64,000 bases of DNA from Haliotis rufescens (Eukaryota). The stretch spans positions 1 through 64,000 of the forward strand of contig NW_025963782.1 in NCBI RefSeq assembly GCF_023055435.1. Reading direction: 5' to 3'. The translations under genes were made by a program, and so were the position numbers. Positions within the stretch are counted from its first letter, which is position 1; every line of letters begins with the position of its first letter. Positions 48,416-61,085 of this stretch are shown one piece after another. Under the pieces are notes generated by a model. The model was not told the origin of the DNA, made no database searches, and worked only from the letters and a program-made list of their open reading frames with translations.

Positions 48416-50109
48416 TTAATCAATCAATTAATCAATCAATTAATCAATCAATTAATCAATCACATTATTTAGGTGGCCACATCGTCCGAGGCGCCGCCAT
48501 TCGCCGTGCAGTGTTGCGTCACTTTGGCATGCCAGAAACCTATGACTGTGGGTTTAAATCCCTGTTCGCCCTATGTTTCTAGGTTTGTCAGCACCATACC
48601 CGTGCTCGATAGTTTCACCAAAGTGCTAAATGTCTGAGACCTACATCACTTCGGGATTTTTTCATCCCACATTAAGCTGACACGCCGTGATATAACTGAA
48701 ATACTATTAAAACCGGCGTTAAACCCAACTCACTCACTATAGCAATTATATATTTCCAAAATTGACCCAAACCCTCAGACGTTTATCACTTCGGTGAAAC
48801 CCACGAGCACGGGTATGGTGCTGACAAACCTAGAAACCTAATCGGGGCGAACCTGGATTCGAACCCATAATCATAGGTCTCTGGCGGGCCTAACATGCCT
48901 TACATGACTGAGCTCCCCCGTGTCCCCGTTCCCCCTAAAACGACCATATGTGCCCCATTACTTCGGGCTTTCCTCCCACATTAAGCTAACAAGCTGTGAT
49001 GCCAAAAAAATACTGTCCAAACCGGCGTTAAACCCAATTTACAATCCGACTAAGAATCGTCAGTCAGGTGACTGCAAACGACTATATCTTGCAGCGTGTT
49101 CAGTGTACCACATTTCCAGCACGAAGTGAAATTAAAGTAGGTGCTGATGTAGTACTTAAAAAACACTATCGACCAAGAACACTGCTAAATATGACCCCAC
49201 GTGATCAAAAGGATGTTTATCCCAATTTGGTTTGTTTCCATTTTATGAGTTACAAATGAGAAGCCATCAGAAGAAAAGTTCTGAGAACTGATTACAAATG
49301 ATCTGGTTTGTTTATTTGTTGTTTAACGCCACACTCAGATATACACATACTATATGACGCCGGTCTGTAAATAATTCAAGTCTGGACCAGACAATCCAGT
49401 GACTTACACCATGAACATCGACATGCATCAACCAAGTCAGCGAGCCTAACCATCCGATCCCTTCAGTCGCCTCTTGCGACAAGCATGGGTTGCTCAAGGC
49501 CTATTCTAACCCGCATCTTCAGCTGACCTACTTTATAAGTATCAGCACAAAGGCTTCCCTCGTTGTTAATTGATCATCGCGATATTTCGTGGTTCTAACA
49601 TTCGTGATTTCTTAACATGAGCACCTTGTCTGTTATTTACGTGCAATATGTCATGATTATTCAGAACAAATACCATAACCCCACAACAAAGTCCCCGTTG
49701 ATCCTGGTCTCCGTGATATCCTGAAACGTCCAGAAGATGTGTCCCGTTACAAACGAACGGGACAGGTTTAAAACGGGGAAGAATCTCCGTTCTTTAATGA
49801 GGTCGATTTTTGGGTGCGGTTGGTTTAAACGCGGCTTTGAACAATATTTCAAATTTTGCCATTTCATTTTCAAGAAGGTAGGGTGTGTGGGGTGAGTTCT
49901 ATTTTAATAATCAAGCCCTTATTTTACCCAAAATATGTTATGTGCCCATCTCAGGTATTGACGTATCGAGAAGTCAGTGTATTGGAAAGAGTACTTGAAC
50001 TCCTAAACATTAAACAAAATGATGGTCGTTTATCGTTTCGTTCTCTCGCAATTTGCAAAATATCATTCTCATTCTGTATCAGCAATCATCCTCTTTTCCG
50101 GATCGCGTG

Positions 50110-51260
50110 GCGTGACGCAGCAGGTTCAACCGCCATCTCAGAGAGACCAGGTTCCCCCGCCATCTCAAGGAGCATAGATTCCCCCGCCGTTCCAGGGACT
50201 GCAGGTTCCCCTGCGACCTCAGGGAGCCCAGGTTCCCCCGCCAAACTAGGGAGCCCATGTTCCCCGCCACCCAAGGGACCACCGATTCCAACGCCATCCC
50301 AGGGAGTCCAGATTCCCCCGCCACCCAAGGGAGCCAAGGTTCCCCCGCCATCTCAAGGAGCACAGATTCCCCCCGCCGCTCCAGGGACTGCAGGTTCCCC
50401 TGCGACCTCAGGGAGCCCAGGTTCCCCCGCCAAACTAGGGAGCCCATGTTCCCCGCCACCCAAGGGACCACCGATTCCAACGCCATCCCAGGGAGTCCAG
50501 ATTCCCCCGCCACCCAAGGGAGCCAAGGTTCCCCCGCCATCTCAAGGAGCACAGATTCCCCCCGCCGCTCCAGGGACTGCAGGTTCCCCTCCGACCTCAA
50601 CTAGGGAGTCCAGATTCCCCCGCCACCCAAGGGAGCCCATGTTGCCCCGCCTCCCGAGGGTGCCAAGGTTACCCAGCCTCCCCAGGGAGCCCAGGTTTTC
50701 CTCCCACCTCAGGGAACACAGGTTCCCCCACCATCCCAGGGAGTCCAGATTCTCCCGCCGACCCAGGAAGCCCAGATGACCCCGGCTCTCCAGGGAGCCC
50801 ATGTTGCCCTGCCGCCTCAGGGAGCCCAAGTTCCACCACCGACCCTGTTAGCCGAAGTTTCCCCGCCGACCCAGGGAGCCCAGGTTCCCCAGGGAGCCAG
50901 GGAGCCCCTATTGCCCCGCCGCTCCAGGGGCCCTGGTTACCCCACCTCCCCATGGAACCCATGTTCCCCAGGGAGAAGAGATTCTCCCGCCTCCCCATGG
51001 AGCCCAGGTTCCCCCGCCGTCCCATGGAGTCAAGGTTCCCCCGCCATCTCAAGGACCACAGATTCCTCCGCCGCTCCAGGCAGCCCAGGTTCCCCCGCCA
51101 CCTCAGGGAAACCACGTTCACCTGCTACCCCAGGGAGCCAAGGTTCCCCCGCCATCCAAGGACCACAGATTCCCCCACCACCCCAGTAAGCCCAGGGTCC
51201 CCCACCAACCCAGGGACCACAGATTTACCCGCCGCTCCAGGGACCACAGATTCCAACGTC
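50110..51260. repeat. GC-rich repeat block A (second copy at 59935-61085)
   Basis: Degenerate 27-bp units with an internal duplication of about 190 bp. Confidence 0.9.
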
Positions 51261-52345
51261 ATCCCAATGGAGCCGAGGCCACCCGTAAAACCCTTAAAAA
51301 CATATTATGTATATAATGTTGTTACAGCAGGTTACAAAAAGAATGTTCGTATTTAAAGCAATTAGATTAATCTTTGAAGAGATAAAAATCAGGTAAACAT
51401 ATATTAATGTTCAGGTCTCCATATTTCCTATAATCCCCGTCAGCATGTATTTACAACGTGTGGGCGATTGATAAAATGTTACTTTTGGAACCAACTTGAC
51501 CCGTGAAGATCCGGGTAGAGAATAGGTCTTCAGCAACCAATGTTTGCGGTAAAAGACGACTTTCCTTGTCGCCGTCATGTAGCTGGAATATTGCTGAGTG
51601 CGGCGTTAAACAAAACACAAACAGACAAATAATTACGGTTAGGTAGTATTAAACTGAAAATGCCACTGAAAATATTGATATGTTATCTATCACCTGTATT
51701 TTCCATGTTTTTTACTTGTATTTTGCAAATTGTATTCATCAGCTATCAATAGGGATCGCGAAACAAGCCTTTATTAAAGTCTAGTAAACCATACAAGCTC
51801 TGTAAATATACTATTGCAAATTAGTAAATACTGAGAAGAAGATTCTTTGAAAAGCGGATAGTAATCTTTAATAACTGATAAGTAAACTGCACTAGTCTAC
51901 GATAGACCACATGTACTAGTCTAATTAGCAAATATTTACTTACTGATCGGTAAAATCTCGTAACAACCTTGAGTCTGATTGGGCAGTGAATTTCGCTAAG
52001 TAACTTGGTAACTGTTTCTGTCAGTGAGTAGTTATTTGGAGAACGTTCATTGACATTGACTACACAGCAGGGGCGGTGTAATGATGTGACGGTGGCCAAG
52101 CAGCAATTATTCCAGATTATTCATTTTATATCAACATTCTATCGCGAACAATTCGCCGAAGTGAAGAGATAATTCGTCTGGAATCAAAAGATCCAGGCGA
52201 CTTCATGGGCGGTGGGGTAGCCTAGTAGGCCTTCACTCGTCATATCGAAGACCCAGGTTCGATTCCCCACATAGATACAATGTGTGAAGCCCATTCTGGT
52301 GTCCCCAGTCGTGATTTTGCTAAATATTGTTAAAAGCAGCGTAAA

Positions 52346-53322
52346 TAGAGGTTATCACGCGAGTGTGTTTGGGGATGGTAAATATCCTGCATTAGGATTA
52401 CATAGTGTTTATTCCTAATACAGGATATTTATCATCCCCAAACACACCAGCGTGATAACCTCTTTATCATATAATGTCATTCTTTAATTCTGCGCTTCAA
52501 AATCGCTTTCCCTCTCACAAACATTACCGAAACATTGCGAGTTTCCCTGGAATGCGCGCATTAATATGTATTACGTCACAGGGTAAGTGATGTGTCAGTC
52601 GGACAGTGACAGTAGCCAATATAGTTCCAACTGAAATCTGTTTCTTATACAGTGGCGAAGCAACATATACGCAAAACAACAATTGTTTTTAATTGCCTTT
52701 CGCGGCAATCCATCGGTCTGTCCGCTAGAGTAACTGCCCTTCGTCAAAGGGAAGCTACTCTAACCCTAGTCTATGAGACGTCACGGCCATGGTCAGACGT
52801 TGTTGGCAGTCGGTCTGTCCTGTCATAACGTTAAGAAGTGTAGTCAGATGTACACAGAGCGAAAAAACGAAACAAGGTAACAATTCAAACATATTTCGGC
52901 CAAATCCAACCATTTCAATTTGTGGAGAAGGTTTCAAGCCGCAGAGGTCTACCAGTCATGGCTACTGATCCCGCTTGGCTAGGCCTCGTGCTCTCGCAAA
53001 ATTGTTTCGAAATTTATATCTCCGAAGTTGCCAAAACTTATAAAATGCCTTAGCTGCGTCACAGTAAGACACTGATTTTCAGTATATTAGACTGTCCTTT
53101 TGATAATGAAAGCAATTATCTCTGTAGTTTATCCAGATTCACGATGGTTAAATCTGACTCGATCGTCGAATGACGAGGGCGACGCCATGTTTGTTTATAA
53201 ACAGGTAAAGTAGTCCCTACTTGACCTTTGATATTTGCATCTCTATCCGCATATGACCCCAACGGATATCGTTTTTATCCGTTGGCTTTATCCTGCCGAG
53301 AAACCTACCCATTATATGATAA
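52346..53322. mobile_element. Same 1-kb element nested in a SINE tail (duplicated with the unit at 62169-63145)
   Basis: The empty site is visible at 34623-34650 (gcagcgtaaaaccatactcactcacgc). Confidence 0.88.
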
Positions 53323-54044
53323 AACCATATTCACTCACGCTCTGATTTAAACCATGTTTTGATTGAAACATAATTCCTCTATAATTTTGTATAAAGACAT
53401 GTAGTTGCGTCAGTTTCAAAATGCACGTTCAGAATGACCCGTAAAATCAGAATCAACTGCAAGAACAATGGCGTGATGTCATCATGATAGATTAAGGAAA
53501 GGGTTTGTCGTTTTTATTTACACTTGAGTCATCAAACACCGATAACCAATCACAGTTCTCGTCGGTATGTGTTTAAGTGAATGTTTATGGTCATGTATGC
53601 TGCAGTGGCATTACAGTTTTCCAAGGATCTCTGTGCCTTAATTAGGTCTGTTTTGGGTGCGGTCGGTTTTGACGCGGCTTTGAACAATATTTCAAATACA
53701 ATGTATACCCATTTGATTTTCAATGAGGTGTGTGTGTGTTGGGGGGTTGGGGGTGGGGGTTGGGGGTTGGGGGGTGGTGGTTGGTGGCCGGGGAGAGTTC
53801 TAATATAATAATCAAGCCCTTATTTTGCCGAAAATATGTATTGTGCCCTTTTCTTGAATAATCGAGAAAGAAATCAAAATCCACCCACCCCTCTTTGAAA
53901 ATCAAATGGTTGCTCTCTAATAACTCAATATAAATCAGGATACTTCCAAAGTAGTCACGAATGTCGTTTCTCGCAAATTATCATTCTCATTCTGTATTAG
54001 CAATTAATTCTCTTTTTTGGATCGCCTGTGTACAGTATTATTAT

Positions 54045-55556
54045 GACCCTCGCCACCTTAGAGAGCCCAGCTTACCCCGCAACCTCAGGGAGCCCAGGTT
54101 CCCCCGCCACCTCAGGGAAGCCAAGGTTCCCCCGCCGCCCCAGCTTCCCCCGCTAACTCAGGGAGCCCAGGTTCACCCGCCACCCCAGGCACCTCAGTTT
54201 AACCCGCCTCCCTTGGTTCACCCGCCACCCAAGGTACCCCAGGCACCCCAGGTTCACCCGCCTGCTCAGGCACCCCAGGATCACCCGCCTCCCCAGGTTC
54301 ACCCGCCACCCCAGGCACCCTAGGTTCACCCGCCACCCCAGGCACCCTAGGCACCCCAGGTTCACCCGCCACGCCAGGCGCCCCAGGCACCCCAGGTTCA
54401 CCCGCCACCCCAGGCACCCCAGGTTCACCCGCCACCCCAGGTACCCCAGGTTCAGCCGTCACCTCAGGGAGCCCAGGTTCCCCCGTCTGCCCAGGTTCAC
54501 CAGACACCCCAGACACCCCAGGTTCACCCACCACCCCAGGCACCCCAGGTTCACCCGCCTCCCCAGGTTCACCCGCCACCCCAGGCACCCCAGGTTCACC
54601 CGCCACCCCAGGAACCCCAGGTTCACCCGCCTCCCCAGGCGCCCCAGGCACCCTAGGTTCACCCGCCACCCCAGGCACCCTAGGCACCCCAGGTTCACCC
54701 GCCACGCCAGGCGCCCCAGGCACCCCAGGTTCACCCGCCACCCCAGGGACCCCAGGTTCACCCGCCACCCCAGGTACCCCAGGTTCAGCCGCCTCCCAAG
54801 GCGCCCCAGGCACCCCAGGTTCACCCGCCACCCCAGGCACCCCAGGTTCCTCCGCCACCCCAGGGAGCCCAGGTTCACCCGCCACCTCAGGGAACCCAGC
54901 TTTTCCCACATCCCAGGGAGCCCAGGATCCCACGCCACCTCAGGGACCCTTGGGTTCACCCGCCACCTTAGGGAGCCCATCTTTCCCCAAACCTCTTAGG
55001 GAGCCCAGCTTTCTCAGCCACCACAGGCACCCTTGGTTCACCCGCCACTTCAGGGAACCCAGGTTTTCCCACATCCCGGGGAGCCCAGGATCCCACGCCA
55101 CCTCAGGGACCCTTGGGTTTCCCCGCCACCTCAGTGAGCCCAGCTTTCTCAGCCACCTCAGGGAGCCTAGGTTCCCCCGCCACCTCAGGGAGACCAGCTT
55201 CCTCAGCCGCCCAGGCACCCCAGGCTTCCCCGCCACCTCAGGGAGCCTATACTTCCCCCGCCACCTCAGGGGGCCAGCTTTTTCAGCCACCTCAGGGAGA
55301 CCAGATTTCTCCGCCACCCAAGATTTCCCCGCCACTACAGGGAGCCCAGCTTTTTCTGCCACCCCAGCTTTCCCTGCCACCTCAGGGAGCCAAGCTTTCT
55401 CCGCCATCTCAGGGACACAAGGTTCACCCGCCACTTCAGGGTCCCTTGCTTTTGCCTCGCCACCCCAGGGAGCCCAGGTCCTGCAAGCTCCCCAGGCAAA
55501 ACAGGTTCCCCCGCCACCTCAGGGATCCCAGCTTTTTACCGCATCCCCGGTTCCCT
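54045..55556. repeat. GC-rich repeat block B (next copy begins at about 63870)
   Basis: 9/27-bp periodic sequence. The 9-mer core differs in order and length from the 44.2-44.9 kb copy. Confidence 0.9.
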
Positions 55557-55894
55557 AACTATGGGTAATCATTCAGCAGAAGGAAATTCGGTTTACCAAT
55601 ACTACAACATACAATACACATTACATTTCAATAAACATATGACATAGATACAAACTAAGACTAAAAGTAATTCGGTTCTGGTGGCAGCGGTGTTAAGGCT
55701 GCTAGGCACGAGCGCCCCCTGAAGTGTTCAACATACGTCCTACACTCTGTGTAACAGTATTATTATCAAAATAATGGTCGCTCTATCTAAAAACTTGTGG
55801 CCATCTGTGTAACTGGTTGTGAGAATATTTCCATTTTCCTACGATGTCCCTGTGCTAAAGTATCGTGTAGGAGTCTCTTTTAAGACAGATGTGA

Positions 55895-57472
55895 TCACGG
55901 AATCAAACACATTACATTGTAACTATACTTCATTGTCTTCAGGTTGAAATGTACGTCGTTTTCCAGGTATATGACATCAATATTCTTTCCACTTATGTAC
56001 AGGCTGTTGTTGTAGTAGACAAGGCTTCTAATCCTGTCACTAAATTCCATCATTTCCGTTGTAGTATTAGTTGATAAAGATCGCTTTATCACCTTCTTGT
56101 TGTCGCTGAAATATAGGACATCGTGAATAGTGTCAATAGTAACAGCAATAACGTCACGTCTCATGTCTATCTGATGCAGCCTATTCCCATTATAATCAAC
56201 AGACCACAACCCATCATGATTTTTACAGAAATAGATCATCTTCTTCCTGGAGTCTACAGCAATGCCACGGGGATTGGATGTTCCGTGATTACGTAAGTCC
56301 ACAATGCCCAGAAAGTTTCTCCCAAATGTGGACATACGACTGATTGTCTTCGTCGGATGGTATGTGGTAAGGAAGATGAGTCGTCTGTCAACATCGACTG
56401 TCATTCCGTACGACGTGATTCCCTCTCGTAGTGTTGTGACACCCGACACGTCCAGCCTTGAAGAGAAGATGCCATTTGGTGAATATCTACTGAATATCAG
56501 TCTCCTGGACACAGGCTCGTATGTAACAGCAACAACGTGTGATGTATGCAGATAAGGATACGTCTTCATGTCGTTTTTATCTATGGTAATCTGATGGGGA
56601 TGTTGTAAGGAGCCAGATATATATTGTACAACCAATATTCTCGTCTTGTCTTGAAACTGTCGTGTTGTAGGTGTTGTGGCCACTGACGTGAAGGGACGTC
56701 CAGATGGAGTCGTGGGTGTGTAATGTTGGATGGGTTGTGTTCTGTCAGCATTGGTCTGAAGGTCACGTGTCTTGTTATCGTAATTCAGATGAAAGTCTCC
56801 TAATGTCTGCACATCTTCTGCATGACTAGCGTTAATCACAATCAAGTCATTTCTTAAACGTACATTCTGTTTTACAAGGGTCTCAACTGTTCGTTGGGTT
56901 TCATTAATCTGTGCGTGCACGTCAGCACTCTGTCGTATGGCGAGTAACACGTCATTTTTTACTAAACTCACATCCTTTTCAACATGGGTCACGTGATGGC
57001 GTGTCAGGTTCAACTCTGTCTTTAGTTCACTCACCTGCTGTTCACATGCATCTTTGTCTTTCACAGTGTCCAGTGGTTGTCTTGTTTTAGTCTGTCCGAC
57101 CTCCCTCAACTGTCTAGTGAGACTCAGTGTCTGTCGCTTCATCTGCTGATATCCACGCTTGAGGTGTCTAATCTGGGACATTACGTGACTGTTTACCGTG
57201 TCATCCAACGACTCTATTTGACTACGCATATAGGAAGGTACAATCTTCTCCGTCAAATCCGATCTCAGCAGTAACTCCAAAATGTCCATCTTGTTGATGA
57301 CTCTCGTCTCCATTCCTGGAACGTCAGATTTCAAGTGGTTCAATTCCACTTTCAGGTGGTTAATTTCTTTCTCAAGCAAACTCATCTGATTGACAACTGC
57401 TGCGATATTTTCGTGTCCATGAACCACAGATGAGGCTGCTACAAGCAGCACCAACACACACAAACTCGCCAT
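55895..57472 (-). CDS. Coiled-coil plus beta-propeller secreted protein (copy 3, intact, 525 aa)
   Basis: Same architecture as copy 2, 9999 bp downstream. I count 16 amino-acid differences from copy 2. Confidence 0.85.
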   Translation of the reverse strand: MASLCVLVLLVAASSVVHGHENIAAVVNQMSLLEKEINHLKVELNHLKSDVPGMETRVINKMDILELLLRSDLTEKIVPSYMRSQIESLDDTVNSHVMSQIRHLKRGYQQMKRQTLSLTRQLREVGQTKTRQPLDTVKDKDACEQQVSELKTELNLTRHHVTHVEKDVSLVKNDVLLAIRQSADVHAQINETQRTVETLVKQNVRLRNDLIVINASHAEDVQTLGDFHLNYDNKTRDLQTNADRTQPIQHYTPTTPSGRPFTSVATTPTTRQFQDKTRILVVQYISGSLQHPHQITIDKNDMKTYPYLHTSHVVAVTYEPVSRRLIFSRYSPNGIFSSRLDVSGVTTLREGITSYGMTVDVDRRLIFLTTYHPTKTISRMSTFGRNFLGIVDLRNHGTSNPRGIAVDSRKKMIYFCKNHDGLWSVDYNGNRLHQIDMRRDVIAVTIDTIHDVLYFSDNKKVIKRSLSTNTTTEMMEFSDRIRSLVYYNNSLYISGKNIDVIYLENDVHFNLKTMKYSYNVMCLIP

Positions 57473-57791
57473 GTCAGCTGGTAATTGTATAACTGTGTCA
57501 GAGTCGTGTAGTCCGGAGCTAATTGTCACGTGACTATCGCATTACATCTAACCTGGCAGCGGGCCAAACGGAAACACTTGAATCTAACATGGCAACAGTC
57601 TCAGAGCAGTGTTCACTTGAGTTTCCCATCACGTGACTACACGGGTAATATCCATGAAGTCAGCTCACTGCCATTTGATCAATCAGTGGTGGGTGTACAG
57701 GATGGATCGATCCAATAATACATTCATCTCAATGTGTGACCTGACAAATTTAAAGTTGATAATTTCAAAACTTAGAAATACCACATGTTCT

Positions 57792-57795
<4 letters not shown>

Positions 57796-57868
<73 letters not shown>
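57796..57868. repeat. (AT)n microsatellite, much shorter in unit 2 (about 47797-47814)
   Basis: Read directly from the sequence. Confidence 0.95.
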
Positions 57869-57873
<5 letters not shown>

Positions 57874-58235
57874 GGATTATTAGTTAAAGTATGCATACTA
57901 TTACACAACTTCATGTGTTTAAAGTAATTTGTCAATTCCCATTATATCAGGAAAGATATAACTTCTAACACATGAGAGTGTGAGTTGTTTAATCTGCAAT
58001 GTCACCATAGCACAGGTCAGCGAAACAGTTCAGTATCAATTACGAAATACGTGAGTACGTTTTCCTCTTTGCATAATTTCAGAGACATGTGTATTGACAA
58101 AACCAGCCACTTACTCACAGGTTGCATGGAAAACAATTCTTTGATCGAAACCTTAGAATTATACTATATTTTGTTTTAAAAACAAACTATTGTGACACGT
58201 TCCTCTTCCTTGTCACTGGCAGCTCACTAACACCG

Positions 58236-58285
<50 letters not shown>

Positions 58286-59934
58286 CATTATTTCTTTAAA
58301 CAACGGGGGCACAGGTGGCCACATCGTCTGAGGCGCCGCCATTCGCCGTGCACTGTTGCGTCACTTTGGTATGCCAGAAACCTATGAATGTGGGTTTAAA
58401 TGCCTGTTCGCCCCATGTTTCTAGGTTTGATAGTTTCACCCAAGTGGTAAATGTCTGAGACCTGCATCACTTCGGTCTTCTTTCCTCCCACATTAAGCTG
58501 ACACACTATAGCAATTATCTATTTCCAAAATTGACCCAAACCCCCAGACGTTTACCACTTCGGTGAAACCCACGAGCGCGGGTATGGTGCTGACAAACCT
58601 AGAAACCTAATCGGGGCGAACCTGGATTCGAACCCATAATCATAGGTTTCTGGCGGGCCTAAGGGACGCAAATCTGCACAGCGAATTGCGGTGCCTTACA
58701 TGACTGAGCTCCCCCGTGCCCCCGTGCCCCCGTGCCCCCCAAAACGACTATATGTCCCCCATTACTTCGGGATTTCCTCCCACATTAAGCTAACAAGCTG
58801 TGATGCCAAAAACTACTGTTCAAACCGACGTTAAACCCAATTTACCATCCGACTAAGAATCGTCAGTCAGGTGACTGCAAGCGACTATATTTTGCAGCGT
58901 GTTCAGTGTACGTACATTACCAGCACGAAGTGTAAGAAAAGTGTGTGCAGATGTAGTATTTAAAAAAACCTCCGACCAAGATCACTGCTAAATATGACCG
59001 CTTGCAGTCACCTGACCATGGACCCTTACCCGGATTGTAACCACGTGATCAAAGGGATGTTTATCCCAACTTGGCTTGTTTCCATTTTATGAGCGGTAGA
59101 CATCAATAGAAAGTTTCTGAGAACTGATTACAATTCATCTGCTTTGTTTATTTGTTGTTTAACGCCACACTCAGATATAAACATACTATATGACGCCGGT
59201 CTGTAAATAAATCAAGTCTGGACCAGACAATCCAGTGACTAACACCATGAACATCGACATGCATCAACCAAGTCAGCGAGTCTGACCACCCGAGTGGCCT
59301 CTTTCGACAAGCATGGGTTGTTGAAGGACTATTCTAACCCGCATCTTCAGCTGACCTACTTTATAAGTATCAGCACAAAGGCTTCCCTCATTGTCAATTA
59401 ATCATCGCGATATTTCGTGATTCTAACATTCGGGATTCCTTAACATGGGCATCTTGTCTGTTATTTACGTGCAATATGTCATGATTGTTCAGAACAAATA
59501 CCATAACCCCACAACAAAGTCCCCGTTGATCCTGGTCTCCGTGATATCCTGAAATGTCCAGAAGATGTGTCCCGTTACAAACGAACTGGACAGGTTTAAA
59601 ACGTGGAAGGATCTCCGTTCTTTAATGAGGTCGATTTTTGGGTGCGGTTGGTTTAAACGCGGCTTTGAACAATATTTCAAATTTTGCCATTTCATTTTCA
59701 AGAAGGTAGGGTGTGTGGGGGGAGTTCTATTTTAATAATCAAGCCCTTATTTTACCCAAAATATGTTATGTGCCCATCTGTTGACGTATCGAGAAGTCAG
59801 TGTATTGGAAAGAGTACTTGAACTCCTAAACATTAAACAAAATGATGGTCGTTTATCGTTTCGTTCTCTCGCAATTTGCAAAATATCATTCTCATTCTGT
59901 ATCAGCAATCATCCTCTTTTCCGGATCGCGTGCC

Positions 59935-61085
59935 GTGGCGCAGCAGGTTCAACCGCCATCTCAGAGAGACCAGGTTCCCCCGCCATCTCAAGGAGCATAG
60001 ATTCCCCCGCCGCTCCAGGGACTGCAGGTTCCCCTGCGACCTCAGGGAGCCCAGGTTCCCCCGCGAAACTAGGGAGCCCATGTTCCCCGCCACCCAAGGG
60101 ACCACCGATTCCAACGCCATCCCAGGGAGTCCAGATTCCCCCGCCACCCAAGGGAGCCAAGGTTCCCCCGCCATCTCAAGGAGCACAGATTCCCCCCGCC
60201 GCTCCAGGGACTGCAGGTTCCCCTGCGACCTCAGGGAGCCCAGGTTCCCCCGCCAAACTAGGGAGCCCATGTTCCCCGCCACCCAAGGGACCACCGATTC
60301 CAACGCCATCCCAGGGAGTCCAGATTCCCCCGCCACCCAAGGGAGCCAAGGTTCCCCCGCCATCTCAAGGAGCACAGATTCCCCCCGCCGCTCCAGGGAC
60401 TGCAGGTTCCCCTCCGACCTCAACTAGGGAGTCCAGATTCCCCCGCCACCCAAGGGAGCCCATGTTGCCCCGCCTCCCGAGGGTGCCAAGGTTACCCAGC
60501 CTCCCCAGGGAGCCCAGGTTTTCCTCCCACCTCAGGGAACACAGGTTCCCCCACCATCCCAGGGAGTCCAGATTCTCCCGCCGACCCAGGAAGCCCAGAT
60601 GACCCCGGCTCTCCAGGGAGCCCATGTTGCCCTGCCGCCTCAGGGAGCCCAAGTTCCACCACCGACCCTGTTAGCCGAAGTTTCCCCGCCGACCCAGGGA
60701 GCCCAGGTTCCCCAGGGAGCCAGGGAGCCCCTGTTGCCCCGCCGCTCCAGGGGCCCTGGTTACCCCACCTCCCCATGGAACCAATGTTCCCCAGGGAGAA
60801 GAGATTCTCCCGCTTCCCCATGGAGCCCAGGTTCCCCCGCCGTCCCATGGAGTCAAGGTTCCCCCGCCATCTCAAGGACCACAGATTCCTCCGCCGCTCC
60901 AGGCAGCCCAGGTTCCCCCGCCACCTCAGGGAAACCACGTTCACCTGCTACCCCAGGGAGCCAAGGTTCCCCCGCCATCCAAGGACCACAGATTCCCCCA
61001 CCACCCCAGTAAGCCCAGGGTCCCCCACCAACCCAGGGACCACAGATTTACCCGCCGCTCCAGGGACCACAGATTCCAACGTCAT
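59935..61085. repeat. GC-rich repeat block A, unit 3
   Basis: Near-identical to 50110-51260. Confidence 0.9.
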
